This document shows, piece after piece, positions 16,740 to 27,000 of a DNA stretch of 33,075 bases. A program made the position numbers and the translations under genes. Origin of the DNA: a virus; IMG/VR virus record IMGVR_UViG_3300043442_000189. The stretch is one strand, 5' to 3'. Each line of letters opens with the position of its first letter. The first letter of the stretch is position 1. The notes beneath the pieces were generated by a model. The model was not told where the DNA came from and did no database searches. It saw only the letters and a program-made list of their open reading frames with translations.

Positions 16740-17173
16740 TATGGATTAATAACTAAAAAGTGAAAAGTAAGATTTATAGGTGATGGTGTAGGGGATGAAG
16801 GTCTAGCGAAAGTTATACCAAAGGATCCGTCCGTTATACTATAAGTTGATGCACCAAATGGTTGAGTAGGTTGAGCAAAAGCATTATCTACTTCAAATGT
16901 TAGCAAAATAATACTAGATGCTGTTACTTTATTATTGTTAACAGTAAAGTTACCTTGCCCACCGCCTGCAGGAGCGGCTAATGCGATCGATCCAGCATCA
17001 GCATCAACTGTTACAGAGCTGAAAATACTAACGGTTCCTGTATCAACTGTAAATTTAGAACCAGAATTTGATAATGCATCATACAACGCATTAACGTGTC
17101 CTATACGTGCTACTTGAGCATCAGAACTTTTCTTAAAGTACTTTTTGTAGTTAAAAATATCGATGAATGACAT
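16739..17173 (-). CDS. Putative small virion (decoration/fibre-tip) protein, paralogue 2
   Basis: The first 35 aa are 30/35 identical to ORF 17191..17673; the remainder is beta-rich and T/S/G-rich. Confidence 0.7.
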   Translation of the reverse strand: MSFIDIFNYKKYFKKSSDAQVARIGHVNALYDALSNSGSKFTVDTGTVSIFSSVTVDADAGSIALAAPAGGGQGNFTVNNNKVTASSIILLTFEVDNAFAQPTQPFGASTYSITDGSFGITFARPSSPTPSPINLTFHFLVINP

Positions 17174-17673
17174 AATTATTTATTTTTTGATTAATTATAT
17201 ACTCTAATTTCTATTGCAGTTTTTAGTAATAAACTATCATTAAATGGTAATATACGAGGAGGTGTAGGAGCTGCGTCGGTGTTATTATCAAAAGTAATTA
17301 ATGCAGTACCTCCTCCAACAACAGGAATATATTCTGGAATTTGAGTACCACCAAAGCTTATTATAGATCCTGTACTTGATGTTGCTAAGAAAAGAGTTTT
17401 TGTCATGTCCCAAGCACCTGCGCTATTTATAACATAATAGGTTCCTATACTATTTCTTTTGAAAATAACATCTGAACCAAGTGTATTATGTAGCACAGTA
17501 GCTACTGGATCATCAGTTCCACTTTGTGTTAGCAAAGCAGTATATACTTTATAAGGTAAAGAACCTTGGGATAAGGCATCATATAGTGCATTAACATGTC
17601 CGTATCTAGCAACTTGAGAATCGCTAGATTTAGAAAAATACTTCTTGAAATTAAAGATATCTATAAACGCCAT
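17069..17673 (-). repeat. Diverged 105-bp direct repeat (17069-17173 and 17569-17673) encoding the shared N-terminal module
   Basis: MSFIDIFNYKKYFKKSSDAQVARIGHVNALYDALS versus MAFIDIFNFKKYFSKSSDSQVARYGHVNALYDALS; the copies are 500 nt apart. Confidence 0.85.
17191..17673 (-). CDS. Putative small virion (decoration/fibre-tip) protein, paralogue 1
   Basis: Shared N-terminal module followed by a beta-rich domain YKVYTALLTQSGT...IEIRVYN. Confidence 0.7.
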   Translation of the reverse strand: MAFIDIFNFKKYFSKSSDSQVARYGHVNALYDALSQGSLPYKVYTALLTQSGTDDPVATVLHNTLGSDVIFKRNSIGTYYVINSAGAWDMTKTLFLATSSTGSIISFGGTQIPEYIPVVGGGTALITFDNNTDAAPTPPRILPFNDSLLLKTAIEIRVYN

Positions 17674-17693
17674 AATCTTTATTTTTTAGTTTA

Positions 17694-17716
17694 CATATAT
17701 AATATACAAAAAAATT
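17694..17716 (-). promoter_or_regulatory. Putative phage late-promoter motif, copy 1
   Basis: Intergenic TTTTTTTGTATATTATATATG upstream of the small-virion-protein and lysis genes. Confidence 0.4.
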
Positions 17717-17719
17717 TGG

Positions 17720-20700
17720 TTATTTGAAACGACTTTGTGCACTTTCAAAGTTTTTCAATGCATTAACTGGATCTACAGCTTTTCCAGAAAGTCCTATAGA
17801 TTTAAGTATGTAGTTAAGAACCTTTGCGTCTTCTTGCTGTTGCCACTCAAATGGTCCCGCATCACGCTTGTAATAAGCTGAAGGATCGTTAGTTATCAAG
17901 TTTACAATAGCAGCAATACTCTTTGAGGTGTTCTCTACAGTATGTGTTAGTGCAATAGAATCTAAAGTAAACAACTTACCATAGTCATCAAGTCCTAATC
18001 CGGGTATTGGTACCATAGCTTCCTGCTCGTTTAGTGTACTCTTAAGTAAGAACAACGCATGGTTTTCCATAAATCCTACGGTGTTATATTCATACTCACT
18101 GTCTGCAGTAAAGATTCCGGGAAGTGGTCCTGACTTACGGCGTAGTTTTTCGTAGCGCTCTTCATCATCTGGATCATAATCAAACAATAATAACATCAAG
18201 TTAAGACCTCCGATAATCACTAACAATTCAACAGCAGTCTTCTTAAGTGATGCTTTCTCTTGTTTAGTAAGAACCTTTGTGTCTTTTCCTAAAGTCGTAA
18301 TTGCTCTTACCATAGTATTCAAAGACTGAGTATAGTAACCTATTCTCATCTGATTACCTTGAACATCCCATCTAGCTTGTGGGTTCAAGAAGTTTCCACG
18401 GTATCCAAAACGGTTCAAGAACATGTTAGCAAACCACTTCTTCAAGAATGTGATCATTCTCCATAGTAAGTATCTACCGCCCATAGGAGTATCAAATTGT
18501 GTAAAAGCTCCATTAAGATTTCTATTCATAGCTTGTACACGGTTCTGCATCATCTTGAACTTAGATCCTCCTGGTGCCCACTCTTGACTAATTCCTTCTT
18601 TTACAGTAAGTTGACCATCTTTAATCTCAAATGCTTCCATGTAAGGGATTTGTTTTGTCACACCGTTGATAGTTTGATCTACCATTTGGTGGTGCATTAC
18701 TCCTCCAAACAATTGCATTGTTGCGTTAAGCTGCGTCCATACACGGAAGTTAGTTAACCAGCTTCTGTCTTTTAATATGTCTCTTGTAAGTGTTCTAGTT
18801 GAACTAGTACCAAACTTATCCCCATAACCACGGACTTCAGGTCTAAACTTCATTTCAGGATCGAACATTTCATAAATCTGAACATTCAATCCTTTTGGAC
18901 CATACTTATAGATCTCAAAAGATATCTCTGCTGTAGCGTACTGTGCCCATATTGCACCTTTTGCTAAACTACTTGGTGATAAATACTGTCCTCCAGCACT
19001 CTCAATAATTGACTGGAATGTCTGACCAAACGAGTTCTTTAACGCTGATGTAATATCTAATGCAAAGAACGCTGTCGATGCAAGACCCATTGCAAAACTA
19101 CCGAACTTGTTTAGTCCCGCCATGTCTGCAGTAACACCTGCTTGTGTCTTACCCTCAAACTCTCTTTCTATAAGTGAGTTGATTGCTTGTGCTCTTACAG
19201 ATGTTCCTTTCTTTTTAGTAGCAAAGCGTAGTTGATTAAACGCAAGTTTATCACTCTTACTCGCTTTAGTCATATCTTTAAGAGCACCTTCTTTTCCGTT
19301 GACAACCTTTTGAATTGCACGTACTTGAGGATTGATCTCTACTAACTTCTTATGTCTCTCCGCACTCTGCATATAGCGCATTACACCAAGGAACATGTCT
19401 TCGGAAGTTTCTGTTAATTCTAAGTCTGCTTTACCTGCAATAGGAATACCGCTGATCTCAGAGTCAAACATGTCTAGAGTTACATAGTTTATGTCAGCTT
19501 CTGGATTATAACCTAGATCTAAATCATCTTTCGCTTTTGCAAACGTTGCTTTTGTATTACTTACAACTGTATCCCACTTGTCTTTGAGTGTGCCTTCTGT
19601 AAGAGTTTCGTAACCATCCTTTCTAAATCTAGGTGCAAATACACCAAGTCTTGAGTTCTTAGATAGTCCTTCTTGGTTCTCCAAATGGAACTGAAGCATC
19701 TTGTTAGCAAGGTTGAACTGTGCAGGATTAGTATTCTTTAATCTGTAATACTCATCATTTCTAAACTTGCTATCAGGTTTTGGTAACCATCTACCAACCT
19801 CATCTACAGTAGCTAATGTGAGATCACCTCGACGAAGTGCTTCCGCCATAGTAATCTTTTCTGTTCTGTATTCACTCTTTAAAGATCTTCTGTAATACTT
19901 CAAAGTAGGAATACCTTGTATAACATCAATTACATTTCCGTCTTTATCTGTGATTTCTGTACTCTCGTAGTACTCAGGATCATTTGGACGGTTGACGTTC
20001 CAAGCGCTTATACGTTTATGACTTTTGATTTTAGTTCCTCTTCTTCTACCTTTCTTAATAGTATATTCAGAAGTATAATGATTTTCTCTGAACCATTTAT
20101 CAAACTTAGGACTCTTTCTTAGAATATCGCTAATATTAGGATCAAGAATCTTATCAATGTTACTTGCATCAAACTCTCTAATACCTAATACGCTGAATAA
20201 TTCTGCAACATCTACATTGTCCTCTTCCTCCTCACCTGGTTTTAGTAATTCATTTACAGCATCTATATACTGACTGGTAGCTTCTTTACTTCTAAGAGCA
20301 TTAAGTTTTTTATAGAGAATATTTATTCGACCTATAGATACGTCATTTAATGCGTATTCATCAATTAGGCTTTGAAGATACTCGTATCTATCTCTAAGAT
20401 CGGGATTTTCTGCTACCCATTCTGAAAGATTATCTCGATTGAGTGATAACAAAGCAGATATGTAATCGTACTCTTCTTGCTCATCTGCAGATAATCCCAT
20501 CAAACCTGTGATGGTCTTTCTAGACTTTTCAATCTGTTTGTCTAGTTCTTTGATAGCTGCTCTTTTCTTTTCAGACATTAGCAAACCATCAGGTTGACCA
20601 TCATCATCTCTAAACGCACTCATCTGATCAGTAAGATCAGCATAGAGTTCATCTAGATCTAATTTCATTTTTAAGTTCTCTGGTATCTCAGGTTTCAAGG

Positions 20701-23700
20701 ATCTGATCTCTTCTAGAATCTCGTTTACCTTTTCCCAAAACTCTGGTTTGATTTTTACACGCGTGTTGTTTTTAATCCAGTCAGCACGCATCTTAATAAA
20801 TTCTCCCCCGGTAATACCATTATCTTTAAGTTGCTGCTCGTAAGAAGCAAGTGCTCTAGAGAACATGTTCTTTACAGGAACCCATTCATAGAACTCTTTA
20901 GTTTCTTCTCTATACTCACGTAGTCTAACAGCAATCTTGTAGTCATCTGAATTAGGATCTTTCTTAGTACCGTCGGCGTAACTTAAAGAGAACAACATAT
21001 TGTACTCTCTCCATAGAGAATCAAGTATTGCAACTCTATCTTTTTCTATGAGTTCATCCGGATCAGTGATACCAAGATCCAAACTCTTAATTTTTCTTAG
21101 TACAAGATCTCTTGCGTTATACGCTTTCTCACCAATCTCATCACGCACCAATCTTTTCTCAGCATTTCTTACAACTTCTTTTTTAGAATCGTAGAAATTC
21201 TCACTAAGAAACTTCTCTCTTTCTACTTTTAGTTTATCAAGTTCTGTACTATCTCCAGTTTCCTGTGCAGTGATTTCAGCTTTTCTGATTTCATCATTGA
21301 TTTTACCAATCTCGTATCTATAGTCTTTAAGGTGATTCTTAAATGCGTATCTGTCACGCTGTACGTATTCACCCTTCTCATTATAGATACCGTCTTTCTC
21401 TACATAGGTTACAGCATCTCGCAATGCTTTTAGGTTCTTGATGTCGATACCTGCAGCTTGTAGCAATGGTTCAAACTCAGTAGCAAACTTATTATGCTTC
21501 TGTTGACTGACTGTAAGTACATCAGAAATATTATTGTTAATGAACTGAGCAAGACCAAACACTACAGGATCTTGTATATTCATATAAGATTCCATCCATG
21601 CACTAAGCACGTTTGTATCTTTTCGCTGTCCGGTTAACCACTCTTTTAAAGCTTGTTTATCAAGAATGGTATCTTTAAATTCTCTTTTGTATCGCTCAAT
21701 CTTTTCAGGAGATGCTCCTTTAGAAACTAATTCGTCAATGATATCGTTATAATATCTCTCAACTTCTTTTGCTAGTGGATCTAGAACATCCGTTAAAAGT
21801 TCTGTAGCAGATCTAACACTGAACTTCTCGTCAATATTAATTGCTGTATTAACATAACCTTCTATACTAGTAATTAAATCTACAAACTCACCAGTGTCTA
21901 ATCCTTCTTCATTCAACATCTCTCTAGCGTTACTAATAGTATTCGCCCAATCTGTTGCTAACTGTCTGTAGTAAAAGAATTGTTTTGTAATCTCTGGTGT
22001 CTGGGGTTGGTTGCGGATTTCATTCATATGAATTACCATCAACCTTGCCATGTGTTTGATTTGATACAAAGTCTCGATATAAGCTTTTGCTTTATCGTGA
22101 TTGTACTGATACTTTTCTACTAGCTCAGAGAACTTATCGGTAATCAAACTTTCATAATCTCTAAGATTGTTTATGATAATCTTATAGGTAGGTTCATCAA
22201 ACTCACCCTTAAGAAGTTCCGCCATATCCTTAAGGTTCTTGTTAACCTCAAGACGTTCTTTATGGTTCATTGCAACACGATAGACATCGTTGATTGCTTT
22301 ACTCACAGCTTGTGCACCGGAGTCTGTTTCCATAATATTTGCTAACTCCTCAACAAGTCCATCTATATCTTTCTTAAATGCAACAATATCTGTTTGATTA
22401 ACAGACTCAGTTTGGAAATCTATTTTTGCAGCTAAGAATATTTCTGATAACTCATCAAGAGTTGTGGTGCTGTCTAATTTAGATACGTCATAAGTTTTAC
22501 CTAAGTACTTTCTAAGCAATTGTTTTAGATTGTACAAGAAGTTCTTAATCGCATTAAAGAAAGATGTGTCTTCTGGTTTCTTGTTTATCTTATCGTAAGC
22601 ATGCTTTGACAATGCTCTTACTACAACTTCCTCCTTGAATAAGTCACTAGACGGATCTAATGTATCTTCTAACAAAGACACCATAGATACCATCTTACGA
22701 CCTGTCTCAGTATTGATCAGATCATTATATAACTTATTAAACAACTCGGGATTCTCTCTCTGAATAGCACGCACAAAAGGATGTGCAAACTCATGCATTG
22801 CTGTATCTAAACTAAGATCTTCTCTTATCAAATATACTTTACCGCCTATAAAGAATCCGGATTCTTGTGTGTATGTTTTACCAGCTTGTTTTAATATTTC
22901 AAAAGCTTCTCCTCTTGATACAAACTCATAGGGTATACCAAGTCTGTCAGAGAAACTTCTAACCATAAAGTCAACAATAGCATTCGCTCTGTTTACACTA
23001 ACTCCTTGAGTATCAACTTCTATACCTGTAAGCATAGCATCAAACCCAGGAAACACAGCAAGATCTCTTAAGTGTTCATCTACTGTTTGAGACACTCTTA
23101 CATAAGACACCCCTTGCTCTGTAAACTTTTTAAATCCTTCTATATCTTGTTTAGTACCTAATTCATATAAGTTCTTTGATGTTGTTGCATATACTGTACC
23201 TGACTCTGCAGCTCTTCCTTTATCCACACCTTTTAACACAAAATCTTGTGGTTCATTTTCTAAAGATTCAGTATTCATTTCTCCTACATTCTTTATACTA
23301 GCTGTATTAATTAAGAATGTATTAATCATACCTTCACCAGATTGAGCAACAAAGCCTTTATCAAAAGCGTACTCTTTAGCATAAGATATTTTTTCTGTGA
23401 AAAACCCTCTTGTTTTAAATTGAGATCTTCCTTTTTCACTACCCCTATATACTATGGTATTTTGAGGAAAGATGATATCGAGATATGCTGAGTATAGTTG
23501 TTGAGCTTGTTGTTTTTGTTCTGGAGTTATTTGTTTAATCCTTCCTTCTGAAAGTTTATTACCTTTTTCAGATATAAATTGAAATTCATTATTTCCTATT
23601 CCGGGACCTTCAGCTTTAGCTTTTGTTAGTTCATCTTTAGTTACATCTACGTAATACAAAATAGGATTCTCTCTTTCTTTTAAGTAAAAACTCAGGTCTT

Positions 23701-24031
23701 CTATATTATCTGTAAACCAAATTCCGGTATCATCTTTTTCAGAACCTACTCTCCATAATCTTGTTTTACTTTGTTCAGGTTTACCAATTAAAATTTCATA
23801 TACAGCATTAGCTAATTCAGAATTAGAATCAAATAGTTCTGGTATTCCTGGTTTAATTGCTGCAGGTTTTACATCTAATAACTTACCTTCTTTTCGTAAA
23901 GTCTCTTTTATCTCTTCAACAGATCTAACTCTACCATATTCTAGATAGTCTTTATTAGCTATGAACTCTCCAAATACTTTTACTGATTCATTTAGTGCAT
24001 CCTTTTCAGGACCAAACGCGCATGCATTCAT
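17720..24031 (-). CDS. 2103-aa polyvalent virion cargo/ejection protein (ART-like segments, zincin HExxH domain, helical body, C-terminal hydrophobic segments)
   Basis: Directly follows the vRNAP gene; AMHEFAH at 22781-22795 with downstream EEVV; RLWR..GIWFT and IVYRG..GFFT segments; hydrophobic AVELLVIIGGLNLMLLLF. Confidence 0.8.
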   Translation of the reverse strand: MNACAFGPEKDALNESVKVFGEFIANKDYLEYGRVRSVEEIKETLRKEGKLLDVKPAAIKPGIPELFDSNSELANAVYEILIGKPEQSKTRLWRVGSEKDDTGIWFTDNIEDLSFYLKERENPILYYVDVTKDELTKAKAEGPGIGNNEFQFISEKGNKLSEGRIKQITPEQKQQAQQLYSAYLDIIFPQNTIVYRGSEKGRSQFKTRGFFTEKISYAKEYAFDKGFVAQSGEGMINTFLINTASIKNVGEMNTESLENEPQDFVLKGVDKGRAAESGTVYATTSKNLYELGTKQDIEGFKKFTEQGVSYVRVSQTVDEHLRDLAVFPGFDAMLTGIEVDTQGVSVNRANAIVDFMVRSFSDRLGIPYEFVSRGEAFEILKQAGKTYTQESGFFIGGKVYLIREDLSLDTAMHEFAHPFVRAIQRENPELFNKLYNDLINTETGRKMVSMVSLLEDTLDPSSDLFKEEVVVRALSKHAYDKINKKPEDTSFFNAIKNFLYNLKQLLRKYLGKTYDVSKLDSTTTLDELSEIFLAAKIDFQTESVNQTDIVAFKKDIDGLVEELANIMETDSGAQAVSKAINDVYRVAMNHKERLEVNKNLKDMAELLKGEFDEPTYKIIINNLRDYESLITDKFSELVEKYQYNHDKAKAYIETLYQIKHMARLMVIHMNEIRNQPQTPEITKQFFYYRQLATDWANTISNAREMLNEEGLDTGEFVDLITSIEGYVNTAINIDEKFSVRSATELLTDVLDPLAKEVERYYNDIIDELVSKGASPEKIERYKREFKDTILDKQALKEWLTGQRKDTNVLSAWMESYMNIQDPVVFGLAQFINNNISDVLTVSQQKHNKFATEFEPLLQAAGIDIKNLKALRDAVTYVEKDGIYNEKGEYVQRDRYAFKNHLKDYRYEIGKINDEIRKAEITAQETGDSTELDKLKVEREKFLSENFYDSKKEVVRNAEKRLVRDEIGEKAYNARDLVLRKIKSLDLGITDPDELIEKDRVAILDSLWREYNMLFSLSYADGTKKDPNSDDYKIAVRLREYREETKEFYEWVPVKNMFSRALASYEQQLKDNGITGGEFIKMRADWIKNNTRVKIKPEFWEKVNEILEEIRSLKPEIPENLKMKLDLDELYADLTDQMSAFRDDDGQPDGLLMSEKKRAAIKELDKQIEKSRKTITGLMGLSADEQEEYDYISALLSLNRDNLSEWVAENPDLRDRYEYLQSLIDEYALNDVSIGRINILYKKLNALRSKEATSQYIDAVNELLKPGEEEEDNVDVAELFSVLGIREFDASNIDKILDPNISDILRKSPKFDKWFRENHYTSEYTIKKGRRRGTKIKSHKRISAWNVNRPNDPEYYESTEITDKDGNVIDVIQGIPTLKYYRRSLKSEYRTEKITMAEALRRGDLTLATVDEVGRWLPKPDSKFRNDEYYRLKNTNPAQFNLANKMLQFHLENQEGLSKNSRLGVFAPRFRKDGYETLTEGTLKDKWDTVVSNTKATFAKAKDDLDLGYNPEADINYVTLDMFDSEISGIPIAGKADLELTETSEDMFLGVMRYMQSAERHKKLVEINPQVRAIQKVVNGKEGALKDMTKASKSDKLAFNQLRFATKKKGTSVRAQAINSLIEREFEGKTQAGVTADMAGLNKFGSFAMGLASTAFFALDITSALKNSFGQTFQSIIESAGGQYLSPSSLAKGAIWAQYATAEISFEIYKYGPKGLNVQIYEMFDPEMKFRPEVRGYGDKFGTSSTRTLTRDILKDRSWLTNFRVWTQLNATMQLFGGVMHHQMVDQTINGVTKQIPYMEAFEIKDGQLTVKEGISQEWAPGGSKFKMMQNRVQAMNRNLNGAFTQFDTPMGGRYLLWRMITFLKKWFANMFLNRFGYRGNFLNPQARWDVQGNQMRIGYYTQSLNTMVRAITTLGKDTKVLTKQEKASLKKTAVELLVIIGGLNLMLLLFDYDPDDEERYEKLRRKSGPLPGIFTADSEYEYNTVGFMENHALFLLKSTLNEQEAMVPIPGLGLDDYGKLFTLDSIALTHTVENTSKSIAAIVNLITNDPSAYYKRDAGPFEWQQQEDAKVLNYILKSIGLSGKAVDPVNALKNFESAQSRFK

Positions 24032-24035
24032 TCTA

Positions 24036-27000
24036 TTAACCTTTACAATTTTTAATATATTCTAATACTGTGTTGTCCGAAACTCGTTGTTTTACACCAG
24101 ATTCCATCAAGGTCTGCTGTATATAATCTAGTCCGGTTGTCGCTCCCTCTAAAAGTTCTGTTGAGAAACCTTTACTTATAAGATCGAACATTGGATTAAT
24201 ATAACCAAACTCTTTTAATAGTCTCTTAGACAAATGTACGTACAAATTCACGCTCTTCTTAAGTTGATTATTGGGAGCATACTTACCATTTTGTAGACTA
24301 AATCCTATAAGTTCTAGACCCATTCCTCGTGAAGGGAACACAATAGTTTTACCAGAATTCTTTAGTCTAGCTAGCTCATCTATCTGTTGATCAAGAACTT
24401 CTTTGTACTTCTCAAATTCTTCAGCACTAGGATTCTGACCACTAGGTAATTGTAATTGGATTCCGTAACTTCTACCTTTATCCAAACCTTTTCTAAACGC
24501 TTTTCTAGATCCGTTTGTAGGGGTCTTGTTCACTTTGGTACCGATAGGATACTGATCATCAAATACAAATACACTATCAGGATTCTCTTCAGAAACAGCA
24601 TCGAATTCATTGGTTGTGAACTTCATAACTTCTTCATTGTATACACGAACAGATTCTATTTCACCTGTCTCCATATTTACAAATGCTGCATTTTGCTCTT
24701 GAAGTATGTCAGTGTTAATGGTTTCTTTATTGAATGCACTTACTGCTGCATCTGCAACATAAGAAACATACATATTTCTGTCTCCGTTAAACTTAACGTC
24801 AAATCTTCTAGCAAATCTGTTCAGGATACTATCTGTCTGCTCCTTATTAGTATTGAATACTTTTATGTACTGGTCTAAGTTCTGAACAATAAACGGTGCA
24901 ATGTTATCCATTGTAAACACACTCATTACATAAAGTCCGGATCTAGCGTTGTTACCACCCTGTATAAATCCAATAGTTGGAAGCCTTTCAAAGAACGCAC
25001 TGATTACAGTATTGAGTTCTTTATCTTTTACTTTACTTACACCTGGGTCAGCAAGTTGTAGCATTTGATCTTTATAAGATGTACGTAACTGACCATCCTT
25101 TTCTTGAGTAATTAATCTTAGGAATGTTTTGTTACCAACAATCTTACGTGCAAGTAACTCAAGCACTGGATAGTTAGAAACTAATCCTGGATTTTCAATT
25201 AAGAAGTGTTCTAACTTTCTATGAGTACCTACAAGGTTTTGCTTATTATCACCTGCAAAAATACTAGTATCAATATACAAGTTATCCAAAGCTTTATTAC
25301 GTAAGAATTCTTCATATCTCATTGGCATATTTTTATTATCACCAATGATTTTCAAAAACTCTATGAACTCTTTAGACTGAACTGTCTCACTGTAGGGGTA
25401 CATTCCTCGTAAGGTCTCTCTTTCAAGAACAAACTTATAGTATAATTCAAATCCTCTATCACCGTAAGAAGAAAACGTGTTCTCTGGCAGTGGTGCTAGC
25501 ACAGCATTCTTAGGATTGTATGGTGATCTTGCTGATAGAACTTCAAGTTTCTTTGTAGACTTATATTCTAATCCACTAAATAATCTTAAGTCATACTGCT
25601 CCTTTAAAGATTTCTTATCTACGAGTAGTGTAGGTTTACCGTCAGCATCAACATTTAAAAATGCTCCAAATTTAAGTACTTCCTGATTCTCAATATCAAC
25701 TTCTACATCATTAGTTCTATATGTATCATCGTTGGTATTGTGTCTATACAGGAAGTTCTCAAAGATGTATTGATTCAAATCTGAAGTAAATGCGCTCACA
25801 TACTTTTCTTCCATATCCATATCCATATCAAGCTTATCTAAATGTTCTAATAAGAATTCATTCAGATATACAGATGACCTTAATGGAAGAACAGCAGACA
25901 AAGATTGACGGATAAGATCTTGCTTCATGAATGAACCTAAGATTGTAGACTTCAATAGTTTGTCAACCATCTCTTTAGGAACCTTAGCGGATATACCACG
26001 ACTACCTTGTTGTTTAGCTACAGCATCGAAGTAAGTTCTCGCTTTATCAGTATCAAAATTCAAACTTCTCTTTACTTCTGAGTTAGCTTTACTCATCAAT
26101 TGTATTTCTACAAAGTGCTCAAAGATCAAATCATTAATATCAATCTTACCTTCCAAGTTAGCATATAAATCCTCTACAGGAATACTAAAATCACTAGGTA
26201 TCTCACCACGCTTCTTTTGAATAGCAGCAACAATTAGCTCTACAGATGGTTTACGTTTTCCAGTTCTTGCAAGAATGTCAGGTGATACCATATCTAACAA
26301 AGCATTATACTTTGCAAAGCTTGGTTTAATATATTCACCTCCAGTTAAACCAGCATACGGACTTCCATATTGTCTTACCTTTTCTAGATACTCTCTAATC
26401 TTAGGTTGGGATAAAAACAACACAATCTGTCTAATCGGTACCCCTGCTAGAATCATTACCTCAAACTCTGGTTCAAATTCTTTAATAGCATTAATGTCAT
26501 AAACCCAGTCGTCTTTTGCAACGTCAAGGTATCCATTCATCAACTCTGATATTACGTCTGCAGTGTAGCGTTTTTTATCTGCACTCATCTGGTGAGACAA
26601 AGAAATGCTATCTCCGATTTTATTATGATCTAAGAAAAGTCTTTGATAAACTTTACCGAGTTTAGTATCGTACTCATTTGCTAAGTACATACCTACAGAT
26701 CTATATAAGTTAGAGAAGGTATTACCTGTAGCGATCATACCGATACCATCTTTACCAGCAGATAATGAAATCGCTTTAGAGATGTTGTAACCGTTCTCCA
26801 TAATACGAGTTGGAGAAAACTTACGAGAACTATGTCTACTTGTTTTGAAAGACTTACGGTTGTATTTACCAAACTCATTTTTTATAGATGGTGTTCCGTC
26901 TTCTTCTTCTCCTGTAAAGATTGTTGTATCGTTAGGTCGAGTCAGGTTGATATAGTTATCAGGTCTGCTTACAATACTAACCATGTTTTGCAACAATAAA

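Noticed and set aside
17069-17673. Diversity-generating retroelement template/variable repeat pair
   Set aside because: Both copies are coding N-termini, the differences are not adenine-specific, and no reverse transcriptase is present.
25812-25829. ATATCC tandem microrepeat
   Set aside because: It is in frame (DMDMDM) inside the vRNAP and too short to suggest phase variation.
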